Shown: in pieces, positions 53,486 to 64,000 of the stretch
Position numbering within the stretch: the stretch's first letter is position 1
How the letters are laid out: each line of letters starts with the position of its first letter
From: an uncultured Verrucomicrobiae bacterium
Lineage (GTDB): Bacteria > Verrucomicrobiota > Verrucomicrobiia > Chthoniobacterales > Chthoniobacteraceae
DNA: 64,000 nt
Assembly (NCBI GenBank): GCA_963769025.1
Contig: CAVYKI010000003.1
Coordinates: 416,001 to 480,000, forward strand
Reading direction: 5' to 3'
Notes under the pieces: model-generated
What the model was told of the DNA's origin: nothing
The model's database searches: none
The model's input: the letters and a program-made list of their open reading frames with translations, nothing else
Program-made: the position numbers and the translations under genes

Positions 53486-54388
53486 ATGCCGCAACCACTG
53501 GACAGCAGACAGCTTCGCGCCTTCTCGATCCTCGCCCGGACGGGCAGTTTCACGGAGGCCGCCCGTGAGCTTCATCTCTCGCAATCCGCGGTGAGTCACT
53601 CGATGAAGGCGCTCGAACGGGAAGTGGGCTGTCGCCTTTTGGACAAGATGGGCAAAAAGGCGGTGCTCACGCAGGCGGGCGAGCAGCTCCTCGCACGTGC
53701 GACCCGCGTGCTCGCCGAGATGTCCGAGGCGCGCGCGGAACTTGGCCGCCTCGGCAAGTGGGGCCAGAGCCGGCTGCGGCTCGGCGCGAGCACGACGGCG
53801 TGCCAGCACGTGCTCCCTGGTGTGCTGCGGGAATTCAAGAACAGCTTCCCGAAGTGCGCGATCTCCATCGAACCCGGCGACACGCCGGAGATGATCGAGG
53901 CGCTGCGCGCGCACAAGATTGACCTCGCGGTGAACCTTGAACCGAAGCGCGGCGAGCCGCTGGACTTCCGCCCGCTGTTCACGGATGAGTTGCAATTCAT
54001 CGTGAGCCCGCAGCACCCGTGGGCGCTCGCGGGCCGCGTCGATCGGAGTGAAATCGCGCGGCAGAGCTACATCCTCTACAAACGCAAGAGCTACACCTCG
54101 GCGATGATCGAGGAATACTTCCGCGACGACGACATCGTGCTCTTCAGCCAGCTCGACCTCGGAAACATGGAGGCCATCAAGGAACTCGTGAAGCTGGGAC
54201 TCGGCATCAGCATCTTGGCGCCATGGACGGCGCGCGATGAACTGAAGGCCGGAAAGCTCGTCGCCCTCCCGCTCGGAAAACGGAAGCTAAAGCGCCGTTG
54301 GGGCATCCTGCACTGGCAGGCGCGCCGGATGAGCATGGTCGAGGAGACCTTCATCGGCCTCTGCAAGGCAGCGACGGAGAACTGGTGA
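53486..54388 (+). CDS. LysR-family regulator divergent from the nitrate cluster
   Basis: LRAF..GSFTEAARELHLSQSAVSHSMKALE HTH; LTQAG. Confidence 0.93.
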   Translation: MPQPLDSRQLRAFSILARTGSFTEAARELHLSQSAVSHSMKALEREVGCRLLDKMGKKAVLTQAGEQLLARATRVLAEMSEARAELGRLGKWGQSRLRLGASTTACQHVLPGVLREFKNSFPKCAISIEPGDTPEMIEALRAHKIDLAVNLEPKRGEPLDFRPLFTDELQFIVSPQHPWALAGRVDRSEIARQSYILYKRKSYTSAMIEEYFRDDDIVLFSQLDLGNMEAIKELVKLGLGISILAPWTARDELKAGKLVALPLGKRKLKRRWGILHWQARRMSMVEETFIGLCKAATENW

Positions 54389-54470
54389 GCGCCGGAGCTG
54401 CGTGATGCGCAGGATCGGGCCGCTCGTTTTGAAAAGTCCCCGGTCTCCGGAAGTCGCTTCCCCTGCCCCG

Positions 54471-55923
54471 CTAGGGTTTCAACTTCGCGAAAATCTCATC
54501 CAGCGCGGCCTTCCACTTTGCGTAGCCGGCCGCGTTGGGATGGAGCATGTCGGGGAATTCAGCCTTTTTGCAGCTCCCGGTGCCGTCGTCGAAAATGCTC
54601 CACGTGTCGCAGATGATGACGCGGCCCTGCTTGGTCGCGAAATCCTGCAGCAGCGCGTTCAACTGCTGGATCTTCTCGGGGAAACGCCCCGGCTGCGGGC
54701 CTCGCGGCATCACAAGATTCAGCACGATGCGGACATTCCGGTTCTGCTTTTCCAGCTCGGCGACGATCGCGCGGATATTGTCGATGACCTGCTCGGGCGT
54801 GCCGCCCAGCCCTGAGATCGTTCGTGCCGATGAGCAGGACGACTGCGCGCGGGTGCAGGTCGAGCACGTCCTCCTTCAGCCGGTAGCGCAAGCCGCGCGA
54901 GGTGTCGCCGCTGATGCCGCGATTGATTGCGATCACGTCCGGAAAGTCCTTTGCGAGCGTCGCCCATCCCTGCGTGATGCTGTCGCCAAAGAACACCACG
55001 GGGCGCTGATCCTTCACCTTGTTCCGCGCAAATTCCACGCGGCGCACCATCCACAGCTTTTGAAACCAGGGCGCGAGCTGCAGCGGCCCGGTCCCTGGAA
55101 ACACATTCGCCGGCGGCATCGCGAGCGCGGTGTATTGGCTGACTGCGAGCCCCATTTTCTGCGGCGGCTGGCCGCGCTGCTGGGCGAAGAGCCAGGGCAG
55201 AAGATTCGGTTCCGAGTACGCGAAGGTCCACGAATCGTGCGCGACCCCGGGATACTCGGTGAGCGCCGCTTTCACGCCGGTCGCGCGCAGTCCGGCGATC
55301 ATGTCCTGAGAGCGCACGGGCAGGACCACTTTGTCTTCCAGCCCGTGAAACGCCCACACGGGCACGTCCTTCGCGGCAGCCGCCTTCAGCTTATCGCCGC
55401 CGCCACAGACGGGAACCGCCGCGGCGAATTTCTCCGGGTGGCGCGTGATAAGATCCCACGTGCCGTAGCCGCCCATCGAGAGGCCGGTGATGTAAATGCG
55501 GTCGGGATCGATGCTGAACTCCCGCGCGAGCGCATCCATCGCACCGAGCAAAAGCGCCTGCACCGGGCCTGGATCTTCGGGCGCGGTGCCGGTGGCGCCG
55601 CTCCAATCCATCTCGACCCACTTCTTTTCCTTCGGGCACTGCGGCGCGAAGACGAAGCAGGGGAATTTCTCCCGTGCCTCCGGTTTCGCGAATGCCGGTG
55701 CACCGTGCTTGAGTTGCACGGCGTTATCATTTCCGCGTTCGCCGGCGCCGTGGAGGAATACCACGAGCGGATATTTTTTCCCGGGCTCGATGTTCGCCGG
55801 CTGGAGCAACCGGTAGGGCAGCTTCGCACCGTTGGCACCGGAAAATTCGCGCGCCTCGAAATCATCGCCGTGCGCCGCAAAGGCGAAACTGAACAGGCTG
55901 AGGAAAAGGAGCCGAAGTTTCAT
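54471..55923 (-). CDS. Secreted alpha/beta-hydrolase fused to SGNH/GDSL domain (one frameshift)
   Basis: FLHGAGERG, GLSMGG, FHG..D, H; then GDSIT, RGISGD, GTND, DMLHP. Confidence 0.82.
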
Positions 55924-56101
55924 GGCTGCGAGTCTTGCGGCTGGAATCGCCGATAATCAAGCGCGCGCTTCCGGCTTCGCGGGTCACCGGCGCGATGAAC
56001 GCCCCAGCCGCGCCGGGCATGCCCGCCCGCCTGCTCGACAACGACGCCCCATCGCCTACGACTGAGCGTCGCTCCATCACCCCTCCTTTCTCCGCCGACT
56101 C

Positions 56102-57355
56102 ATGAAAACCATCGCCGCGCTCGCCTGCGCATTCGCACTCACCGCATTCGCACGCGCCGAACTGCGCATCCCCGCATCCACGGCGTACGGCGAACCGTGG
56201 GAGCGCGGGGCGAAGATCGGCAAGGACGGCATCTCCGGATGGAACGACTCGGCGCAGAAAATCCTGTGGTTCGGAGAAATCAAAGCGGCCGGGAAGCTGG
56301 ATGCCTCGTTCGTCGTGCGGCTCCCCGCGGGCGCGAAGTCCAGACTGCGTCTCACCATCGAAGGACAGACGCACGATGCCGAGATCACCGGTGCCGCTGC
56401 GCCCGCGACGGCTTCCTTCGGCAGCTTCACGATCGCAAAGCCGGGCTACGTGCGCTTTGAACTTTCCTCCGCAAATCCCGCTGGCAAACCAAACGGCAAC
56501 ATCGAGGCCCTCGTGCTCGACGGACCTGCGGCGGCGGATGCGCACTTTAACACCGACCCACGCCGCAACGCCGCCTCCGTCCACCTTTTTCACCCGACGC
56601 CAAAGGACGCCGCGATCGAGTGGTTTTACAACGAAGTCACCGGCGTTGAGGAACCGGTGGCGACCTTCTACATGGCGTGCGGATTCGCCCGCGGCTACTT
56701 CGGCATGCAGGTGAACTCGGCCACCGAGCGGCGCATCATCTTCTCCGTGTGGGACGCCGCGAGCGGCCAGACGGCGATCGATCGCACCACGGTCGCGGAG
56801 GAAAATCACACGCAGCTTCTCGGCAAAGGGCCGGGCGTCGTCGCGAGCGTCTTCGGCAACGAAGGCACCGGCGGCCACTCGCACCTCGTCTATCCATGGA
56901 AGACCGGCGAGGCGCAGAAATTCCTCCTTGGCGCGAAGGCCGACGGCGCGAACACGATCTACTCCGGCTGGTGGTTCCATCCCGGCGAGAAGAAGTGGAT
57001 GCTCATCGCCAGCTTCCGCGCACCGAAGGATGGCAAGCTCCTGCGCGGGCTGCATTCCTTCAGCGAAAATTTCAACGGCGCCAACGGGCACCTCCGGCGC
57101 AAGGCGCTCTACGGCCCGCAGTGGATCCGCACCGCCGACGGCAAATGGAGCGAACTCACCGAGGCCAGTTTCAGCCACGACGGCACCGGCAAGGCCGCGC
57201 GGCTCGACCGCTTCATGGGCGTGGAAGGCGGGCGCTTTTTCCTGTCCCATGGCGGCTTCGTTCCCGGCTTCACAAAATACGGCGAGAAGTTCATGCGTCC
57301 GGCCTCGAAGGCTCCGCCTGCCATCAACTTTGCCGAACTCCCCACGGTGAAGTAG
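56102..57355 (+). CDS. DUF5077/DUF3472-type secreted protein
   Basis: AASVHL, GYFGMQVNS..ERRIIFSVWD, FGNEGTGGHS, SFSENF. Confidence 0.72.
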   Translation: MKTIAALACAFALTAFARAELRIPASTAYGEPWERGAKIGKDGISGWNDSAQKILWFGEIKAAGKLDASFVVRLPAGAKSRLRLTIEGQTHDAEITGAAAPATASFGSFTIAKPGYVRFELSSANPAGKPNGNIEALVLDGPAAADAHFNTDPRRNAASVHLFHPTPKDAAIEWFYNEVTGVEEPVATFYMACGFARGYFGMQVNSATERRIIFSVWDAASGQTAIDRTTVAEENHTQLLGKGPGVVASVFGNEGTGGHSHLVYPWKTGEAQKFLLGAKADGANTIYSGWWFHPGEKKWMLIASFRAPKDGKLLRGLHSFSENFNGANGHLRRKALYGPQWIRTADGKWSELTEASFSHDGTGKAARLDRFMGVEGGRFFLSHGGFVPGFTKYGEKFMRPASKAPPAINFAELPTVK

Positions 57356-57398
57356 CCGCAGCTTGACCCGACCGCCACCGACCGTCCACGAACTCCCC

Positions 57399-58685
57399 AT
57401 GCGCCACGAACCGCTCGACCCCAAGCTCTTCACCGAAAACCGCGCCCGGCTCGCGAAGCTGCTGCCGCCGAAATCCGTCGCGGTGCTGAATGCGAACGAC
57501 ATCCTGCCGACGAACGCCGACGGCTCGCTGCTCATGCGCGCGAACAGCGATCTCTTCTACCTCACCGGCGTCGAGCAGGAGGAGACGCTGCTCGTCATTT
57601 TCCCCGACGCGGATGACGAGAAGCTCCGCGAGGTGCTCTTTGTCCGCGAGCCGAACGAACAGAACGAACTCTGGGAAGGCCACAAGCTGACCAAGGACGA
57701 GGCGCAGAAGCTCACGGGCATCAAAGCCGTGAAGTGGACGCAGGATTTCTGGCCGATCTTCCGGCGGCTCGCGTGCGAGGCGGAGCACATTTTCCTGAAC
57801 ACGAACGAGCACAAGCGCGCCACCGCGGAGGTCGAGACGCGCGACGACCGCTTTGTGCGCGAGGTGCGGCAGCGCTTCCCGCTGCACGACCTGCGGCGGC
57901 TCGCGCCGCTCATGCACCAGCTCCGGCTCGTGAAAAGCGAGAGCGAGATCGAGGTCATCGCGCATGCGTGCAAGCTCACGGAAAAGGCATTCCGCCGCGT
58001 GCTGCGTTTCACAAAGCCCGGCGTGAGCGAGACGGATGTCGAGGCGGAGTTCGCGCATGAATTCATCCGCGGGCGCGGGCGTTTCGCATACGAGCCGATT
58101 GTCGCAGGCGGGAAGAATGCGTGCTGCCTGCACTACCAGGAAAACTCGTCCGAGCTGAAGAAAGGCCAGCTCCTGCTGCTCGATGTCGGCGCTTCCTATG
58201 CGAACTACAACTCCGACATGACGCGCACGATTCCCGTGAGCGGCAAATTTTCACGCCGCCAGCGGCAGATCTACGGTGCCGTCCTGCGCGTCCTGCGCGC
58301 GAGCACGAGCGCGCTGCGTCCGGGCATCCTGCCGAAGGCCTGGCAGAAACAGGCCGAGGCGCACATGACCGAGGAACTGCTGAAGCTCGGCCTGCTCAAG
58401 CCGCGCGACATAAAGAAGCAGGATCCGGATTGGCCCGCGGTGAAGAAGTATTTCATGCACGGCCTCGGCCATCCCATCGGGCTCGATGTCCACGATGTCG
58501 GCGACACGACGAAACCCGTGCAGACCGGCTGGGTGATGACCGTCGAGCCGGGAATCTACATTCCCGAGGAAAAGCTCGCCGTGCGCCTCGAAAACACCGT
58601 CGTGGTCAGCGACACCGAGCCCGTGAACCTCATGGCCGGCATTCCCATCGAAGCCGATGAGATCGAGGAATTGATGGCAAAGTAA
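57399..58685 (+). CDS. pepP: Xaa-Pro aminopeptidase (M24B)
   Basis: SDLFYLTG, LHY, DVG..SDMTRT, HGLGHPIGLDVHD, EPGIY, RLE. Confidence 0.9.
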   Translation: MRHEPLDPKLFTENRARLAKLLPPKSVAVLNANDILPTNADGSLLMRANSDLFYLTGVEQEETLLVIFPDADDEKLREVLFVREPNEQNELWEGHKLTKDEAQKLTGIKAVKWTQDFWPIFRRLACEAEHIFLNTNEHKRATAEVETRDDRFVREVRQRFPLHDLRRLAPLMHQLRLVKSESEIEVIAHACKLTEKAFRRVLRFTKPGVSETDVEAEFAHEFIRGRGRFAYEPIVAGGKNACCLHYQENSSELKKGQLLLLDVGASYANYNSDMTRTIPVSGKFSRRQRQIYGAVLRVLRASTSALRPGILPKAWQKQAEAHMTEELLKLGLLKPRDIKKQDPDWPAVKKYFMHGLGHPIGLDVHDVGDTTKPVQTGWVMTVEPGIYIPEEKLAVRLENTVVVSDTEPVNLMAGIPIEADEIEELMAK

Positions 58686-58709
58686 GCGCGCGGCGGCGGC
58701 GGCAGAGGC

Positions 58710-59441
58710 TCACTTCGGCGGCGCAGGCTTCGCAGGCGGAGGCGTCCTGTTGCCAGCCACCCCGGCCCACACTTCGTCCGGCGTCTGGCCGACGACTTCC
58801 CTGAACGCCTCCTCCGTCAGTTTGCCCGCGTGCCCGCGGCGGTTCAGCTCCGCGACGATCGCCTTCGGTTTTCCGGCCTGCGCGGATGCCAACAGCGCCG
58901 CCGCCGGGTTGTAGCCAGCCCTGTAGCTCTGGCCCGGCCGCGCGCGGAACGCCGCGCCCTTCGCCGGCTCGTAGTGGTAATAGCGCACGTAATCCGCGAT
59001 GCCCTCGACCAGCCAGCCCGGCGAACCCGGCGGGTAGGCCTGGATGACATGCACCATCTCGTGGAGAATCGCGCCCACGTCGTCGGGATGCTTCGCAAAA
59101 AATCGCGTGCTCGCCTCGATCGTCGCACCTGTCGTCCGCGCGACGCCGTCATAGTCACGGAAGCGCAGCGTGATTTCCTCCGCCGTCGCGTAATCCACGC
59201 CGAGGATCTGGCGCACCCGCGGATACCAGTCCTTCATCATCTTCTCCGCCGCTTCCGCAAAGCCCGGCGGCGCCAGCTCCGCGCCCTCGATCTTTACCTT
59301 CAGCGTCGGAGCCCCCGGCAGTTTACCGACTGTCCCATCCTTCACCTGCACCGGCACCGCGTCGTCGCAAAACGACGCGGGCGCGGAGTGACCGGTGCTT
59401 GCGATGAAAACGGATGCAAGAATGAGGACTGCCGTTTTCAT
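58710..59441 (-). CDS. Basic secretory protein (BSP) family zinc-peptidase-like protein
   Basis: HEMVHVIQ..PGWLVEGIADYVR; signal peptide. Confidence 0.82.
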   Translation of the reverse strand: MKTAVLILASVFIASTGHSAPASFCDDAVPVQVKDGTVGKLPGAPTLKVKIEGAELAPPGFAEAAEKMMKDWYPRVRQILGVDYATAEEITLRFRDYDGVARTTGATIEASTRFFAKHPDDVGAILHEMVHVIQAYPPGSPGWLVEGIADYVRYYHYEPAKGAAFRARPGQSYRAGYNPAAALLASAQAGKPKAIVAELNRRGHAGKLTEEAFREVVGQTPDEVWAGVAGNRTPPPAKPAPPK

Positions 59442-59519
59442 CGGGAATGGTCTGATATGCTGGTAAACGAATCGCCGGGGACGCACCGCGACGCGGACAG
59501 GATTGTCCGCATTACGGCG

Positions 59520-60602
59520 CTACTTTTTCTCCTTCGCGTAATCCGCGAATGCCTCGGCGATCTTCGCGCTCTTTTCGTCGCCGGTGTGGAAAAGGAAACG
59601 GTGGCGCAGCTTCAGGCGTTCGCCGGGTTTCAGCACGGTCGTGCCGTCGGGCAGCGACTTGTCGTAGTCGCGCTGGGCAAACGGATTTGCGGTGAAGAGC
59701 CCGTAGGTGCGGACATGCCAGCGCGTGGGATGGCGGTAGCTGGAGGGGTGATTGAGCATCGCGACCCCGAGCTGCTCGCCGTCCACGGGGCCCTGGTAGT
59801 CGCACCACTCGGCGGACTTGCCCCACGCGTCCTTGTCCGTGTGCCCGGCGCTGTTGACGATTTTGCCGCCCTGCTTGCTGTCCACGGCCATGCTCGCGGG
59901 GACGCGGATGGAAAGGCCGGCGTCCTTCCGGTCTTCGAGCCTCGCCTCGCCGTCGCTCGCGATGAAGTCCTGGTCGAAATCAATCGCGCGCATGTCGCCG
60001 ATGACGCGGAACGTGAGGCGGCGCTCCTCGGTGAGGAAGCGTTTGCCCGACGGGTCGAGATGGTCGCAGACGGAGGCGACAACGGCCTTGTCACCGTCGG
60101 CCTTCAGCTCGGTGAATTCCCGGTGCGCGATGCGCGCGACCATTCCGATGCGCTGCTTTCCGCGAAGCTCGCTTTTCGGATTCCGCATCTGCTCCTCGAA
60201 CGTCATCCGCTCGTGCCACGTGTCCCCGCCGCCGGTGACCTTTTCCTCGCCCGTGATGCCGTCCCATTTCTCCGGGAATCTCCACGCGCTGCCGCCGGAA
60301 CTTTCGTGCCCGAAAAGAATGCCGCGATGATGCGGGTGGTCGCGCTGCGCCTTCGTCTCGGCCGGGACTTCCTCCATCGGGTACGCGCGCGTCATCGCCT
60401 TTCCCGTCGGGCCGTACACCGGCCAGAGATACGGCTTGTTCGCCTGGTCCACGACGTAGCTGGCGAAGGGCTTCCCGTTGACCTTCACGGTCACGCCGCC
60501 GGCCTTGTCCTTGTCGATGGTGAAAGTGTTCTCCGCGGCTTGCAGGGAGAAACACGTGAGGGCGAGCAGGGCGGAGGCGAAGGAGGCGAGTGGGGTTTTC
60601 AT
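59520..60602 (-). CDS. DUF6807/PmoA-like secreted protein
   Basis: KPYLWPV..TRAYP..DHPHHRG, WCDY, WHVRTYGLF. Confidence 0.78.
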   Translation of the reverse strand: MKTPLASFASALLALTCFSLQAAENTFTIDKDKAGGVTVKVNGKPFASYVVDQANKPYLWPVYGPTGKAMTRAYPMEEVPAETKAQRDHPHHRGILFGHESSGGSAWRFPEKWDGITGEEKVTGGGDTWHERMTFEEQMRNPKSELRGKQRIGMVARIAHREFTELKADGDKAVVASVCDHLDPSGKRFLTEERRLTFRVIGDMRAIDFDQDFIASDGEARLEDRKDAGLSIRVPASMAVDSKQGGKIVNSAGHTDKDAWGKSAEWCDYQGPVDGEQLGVAMLNHPSSYRHPTRWHVRTYGLFTANPFAQRDYDKSLPDGTTVLKPGERLKLRHRFLFHTGDEKSAKIAEAFADYAKEKK

Positions 60603-60820
60603 GAGGAGCGCGCCCATCGTCTCCATTGTTCCGCCCGAGATCAACCAAATGGGCAGCGCGCGCGCCGGAGCCGGAGCCGCACGGGCTTCACTTACTTTGC
60701 CGCTCGTCTCCGGACGGAAAATGGACTTCGCTGGATTCGCTGCGGGACGGTTCGTGGGAGGCCACGGGCCGGTGCCCGCCACAGCGACTCATCCATCTCC
60801 GCGACGCAGACCCCATTCCC

Positions 60821-63800
60821 ATGCCACTCACCCCGCTCCGCCGTTCCATCTTCATCATCCTCGCGTTTTGGGTGACCACTTTCGCGAATGCCCAGGGCAT
60901 CCAGAGCGGTGTGCCGGTGAGCTATCAGCTCCCCACCACCGGGCCGCTGCCGCAGACGTATCGCGTCACGCTGGCCATCGTGGATGAAAGGAAACCGGAC
61001 TGGATCATCAGCCAGTTTGCGGCGGGCGTGGTGCGGACGGTGACGGCGGAGAATGGCGGGAAATTTTCCGAGATTTGGAACGGGCTGGATGACAACTTCA
61101 TGCCGGTGCCGCCGGGCACGTATGGGCTGAAGGGCATCTACATGCCCGCAGCGAAATGGGCGGTGGATGGCGAGCACCATTCCATCACGCCGCGATACGT
61201 CACGAGCGCCGACGCGTGGCGGCCGCTGCCGGCAGAGTCGAAGCTGCCGATTCTATCCGGCGACCCGGTGAACAGCCCGATCGGCGATGTCGATGTGGCG
61301 CCGAACGGGATGGCCGTCTTCTGCTACCAGTACCTCGAAAATTCGCGGAACTTTTACACCGCCGATTTTCGCAAGCCGATCGGCTATGACCAGGCGACGC
61401 CCGGCTACAACTCCGGCGGCGCGGCCGGCGGGCGGGCCGTGGCGACCGACGGCATCACTTCGTGGTGCGCGGAGAACGAGGGCTTCGTCTTCCGCACGGA
61501 CATGAAGAAATTTGGCAACGAGAACGGCCGCTTCCGCAAGGGCGTGCATGAGCTGGAGGGAAAGGTGACCGCGATGGCGGCGTGGCGCGACGAGGCGGCG
61601 GGCAGGTCGTTTGTCTATCTCGCGGAGCGCGGACGGCTGATGCGCGACACGAAGCGCTGGTATTCGCCCGAGGAGAGCACGACGGAGATGGTGAACAAAA
61701 TCATCGTGCTCGATGGCGACACTGCACAGCGCCTCGGCGAGGTGCCGGTGAAGGAACCGCTGGGTGTCGTCGCGCGCTGGGGGGATCGGCTGTGGGTGCT
61801 GCACAAGGACGGCGATGGCTTCGCGGTGAGCGCCGCGGCGATGAAGGCCGGCGTGCCGGAACCGGCGCTGAAGCGCGTGCTGCGCGTGCCCGCGGGGATC
61901 GTGCCTGGCGACCTGGAGGTGGACAACCGCGGGCGCATCTACGTGGCCGATGCGAATGCTAACAAGGTGCATCAATTTTCCGCGGCCGGGAAGCCGCTGC
62001 GGACCTTCGGCAAGCTCGCGACGCAGCGCCCGGGGAGCTATGACCCGGAGAGTTTCATGTCGCCGGAGAAGCTCTCGTGCTGGCGCGACTCCGAAGGGCG
62101 CGACCGGCTCGTGGTCATCGAGAGGCACGGCCCCGACCGCGTGAGCGAATGGGATGCCGAAAGCGGAAAACTGCTGCGCGAGTGGCTCAGCGCGCAGACG
62201 TATGCGAACGCCGGCTACGCGGTGGATCCGCGCCAGCCCGGGCAGCTTTACATCCAGGGCCACGGCGGCTGGCTGATGCGTTTCCGCGTGGATTACCAGA
62301 CGGGTGCGTGGCACACCGACGCCGTATGGCCGGATGTCTGCACGGGGCGTTTTGCGCACCATCACTTTGGTTTTCCCCGCATGTTTTACCGTGGCGACAC
62401 CCGCTACCTCGCGTGGTCGCGCGGCGATTTCATCTACCGCGAAGCCGGTGATCGCTGGCTGCCTTCCGCCGCGATTTTGAACGAAGGCCAGGGCAAGGAT
62501 CGGAAGCAATTCGTCTGGCACGATGCGAATGGCGACGGCCAGGTGCAGGAGAGCGAATACCAATCCCGCCCGATGACGCAGCCGGTCGGCAACCGCCGTT
62601 ATTGGGGCGACTCGTGGATGGACGATCTGTCGCTCGTGGCCATCGAGCAGGGCGCCGCGGATGTCTGGCGGCTCGCGCCGGAATCGTTCGATGCGCACGG
62701 CAATCCGATCTACCCGGCGGACGGCTGGAAGAAGCTGCTCACCGATCCCGTGCTCTCGGCGCGCAAGCTCGGCACGGCGACCGCGACTTTTGGTGGGAAT
62801 GAAATCGGGGATCACTTTTCCTCCGCCTGGGCGATGGTCGCGGGCTCGATGACGGACGGCTTTTACGTCAACGCCCGCGGTCCGGACCTCGGGGCAAACT
62901 TCGGCGCGCAGCAGAAACTCTCGCGCTATGTGCCGGACGGCAAAGGCGGCTTCGGGCTGAAGTGGCGGGTCGGGCGCGTGGCCATCCACGGCACTGCGGA
63001 CGAGGGGGAAGTGTACGGCTCGATCAACGTCATGCCGCCCATCGGGGGGCTCATCACTCAGGTGGATCAGTCGCGCATGGGCCTCGTGCTTTACACGGAG
63101 GACGGGCTCTACGTGGAAACGCTGTTCCCCGACCAGCGCAAGGGCGGCAAGACCGCCGGCCCTTACAATCTCGGCGGCGAATTTTTCACCGGCTATTCCT
63201 TCGCAAACCCGGCCGACGGCAAAGTGTATTTCGCGCTCGGAAAAACCACGCCGATGATATTCGAGGCCGAAGGCTGGACGGTGAATGGCAACCCGGTGCG
63301 CCGGCTCGAGACGCTGCCGAAGACCGTGAGCATCTCCGCCTCGCAGATCGCGCCTGCGCCGGAATTCGCGCTGGCCGTGCGCAAGCAGCGCGGCGGCGGG
63401 ACGGTCGCGCGGGTGGCGCTCTTCGCGCCGATGCCGGGCGGCGGGCCTGCGCTCGACGGCTCGATGAGCGGCTGGGAAGGCTGCGAGCCGGTCACCTTTT
63501 CCGCCAATGCGAAGCAGACCGTGGAAGTGCGCTGCGGCTTCGACCCGGAGTATCTCTACCTGCGCTGGCAGGTGCGGCTGGGCCGCAAATTCGAGCCGAA
63601 GCCGCTCGACCCGGCAGACCGCATCTTCACGCACGATCGAGAGGCGGACACGCTGAGCTTTTTCATCCAGGGCGACCCCGACGCCAAGCCCGCCAAGGAC
63701 GCGAACGGCAGGCCCGGCGATGCGCGGTTTGTCTTCGGGCTGTTCCAGGACAAGGATCAGATCCGGCCCGTGGCGCTGGCGATGCTGCCGCACGATTCCG

Positions 63801-64000
63801 CCGGAGGAAAGGCGAGCCCACTGACCTATCGCACGCCCGCGGGCGGCGCGGCGGCCTTTGCGCACGTCGGGCTGCTCGGCGCGGCAAAGCTCGGCCACGT
63901 GATGGATGCGAACGGCGAGGGCTTCGTCCTCGCGGCGGCGATCCCGCGCGCGAGCGTGCCGAGGCTGCCCGCCTTCGCCGGGGAGTTCCGCACGCAGGTG
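60821..64000 (+). CDS. Large secreted protein with FlgD-Ig-like and NHL/beta-propeller regions (partial, runs off window end)
   Basis: Translated by hand (no stop seen, not in ORF track): signal peptide, WNGLDDNFMPVPPGTY, LEVDNRGRIYVAD..KVHQF, DANGDGQVQESE. Confidence 0.75.
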   Translation, partial: MPLTPLRRSIFIILAFWVTTFANAQGIQSGVPVSYQLPTTGPLPQTYRVTLAIVDERKPDWIISQFAAGVVRTVTAENGGKFSEIWNGLDDNFMPVPPGTYGLKGIYMPAAKWAVDGEHHSITPRYVTSADAWRPLPAESKLPILSGDPVNSPIGDVDVAPNGMAVFCYQYLENSRNFYTADFRKPIGYDQATPGYNSGGAAGGRAVATDGITSWCAENEGFVFRTDMKKFGNENGRFRKGVHELEGKVTAMAAWRDEAAGRSFVYLAERGRLMRDTKRWYSPEESTTEMVNKIIVLDGDTAQRLGEVPVKEPLGVVARWGDRLWVLHKDGDGFAVSAAAMKAGVPEPALKRVLRVPAGIVPGDLEVDNRGRIYVADANANKVHQFSAAGKPLRTFGKLATQRPGSYDPESFMSPEKLSCWRDSEGRDRLVVIERHGPDRVSEWDAESGKLLREWLSAQTYANAGYAVDPRQPGQLYIQGHGGWLMRFRVDYQTGAWHTDAVWPDVCTGRFAHHHFGFPRMFYRGDTRYLAWSRGDFIYREAGDRWLPSAAILNEGQGKDRKQFVWHDANGDGQVQESEYQSRPMTQPVGNRRYWGDSWMDDLSLVAIEQGAADVWRLAPESFDAHGNPIYPADGWKKLLTDPVLSARKLGTATATFGGNEIGDHFSSAWAMVAGSMTDGFYVNARGPDLGANFGAQQKLSRYVPDGKGGFGLKWRVGRVAIHGTADEGEVYGSINVMPPIGGLITQVDQSRMGLVLYTEDGLYVETLFPDQRKGGKTAGPYNLGGEFFTGYSFANPADGKVYFALGKTTPMIFEAEGWTVNGNPVRRLETLPKTVSISASQIAPAPEFALAVRKQRGGGTVARVALFAPMPGGGPALDGSMSGWEGCEPVTFSANAKQTVEVRCGFDPEYLYLRWQVRLGRKFEPKPLDPADRIFTHDREADTLSFFIQGDPDAKPAKDANGRPGDARFVFGLFQDKDQIRPVALAMLPHDSAGGKASPLTYRTPAGGAAAFAHVGLLGAAKLGHVMDANGEGFVLAAAIPRASVPRLPAFAGEFRTQV

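Noticed and set aside
59520..60602. Methane monooxygenase PmoA
   Set aside because: Soluble secreted DUF6807-type protein; no TM helices and no pmoB/pmoC
61253..63898. 881-aa minus-strand ORF
   Set aside because: Shadow of the plus-strand secreted protein starting at 60821

Overview
High-GC bacterial chromosome segment; gene content suggests a soil-type Verrucomicrobium (Chthoniobacter-like), which is an inference. In order, the window holds: a partial PQQ/BamB-like beta-propeller gene; an HNH nuclease with a Q/P-rich N-terminus; a Fur-family regulator plus sufCBD; housekeeping genes (pdxH, tsaB, tsaE, thiL, sppA, glgA/glgM, ribE, punA); secreted hydrolases and a tandem HtrA-like protease/pseudoprotease pair; tRNA-Ser(UGA) followed by a sulfur module (two YeeE/YedE half-size pairs, a CstB-like persulfide dioxygenase-rhodanese, a sulfite-oxidase-family enzyme); a complete F0F1 atp operon behind a perfect Rex-type operator; a ~19 kb nitrate/nitrite assimilation cluster; and further secreted enzymes. 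The nitrate cluster is the most unusual part. It has a cytoplasmic Nas-type Mo enzyme coupled to a NarI/DsrM-like membrane protein, a four-cluster ferredoxin and a Tat-type Rieske protein. It also has a CysJ-like flavoprotein and NirA sharing an N-terminal motif, a PP2C-kinase fusion, a NasS-like sensor with no NasT in the window, and two promoters in which a LysR-type box sits at identical spacing from a sigma54-like -24/-12 element. Many conserved genes contain indels that are most likely sequencing or assembly errors. No CRISPR array, rRNA, integrase or transposase was seen.
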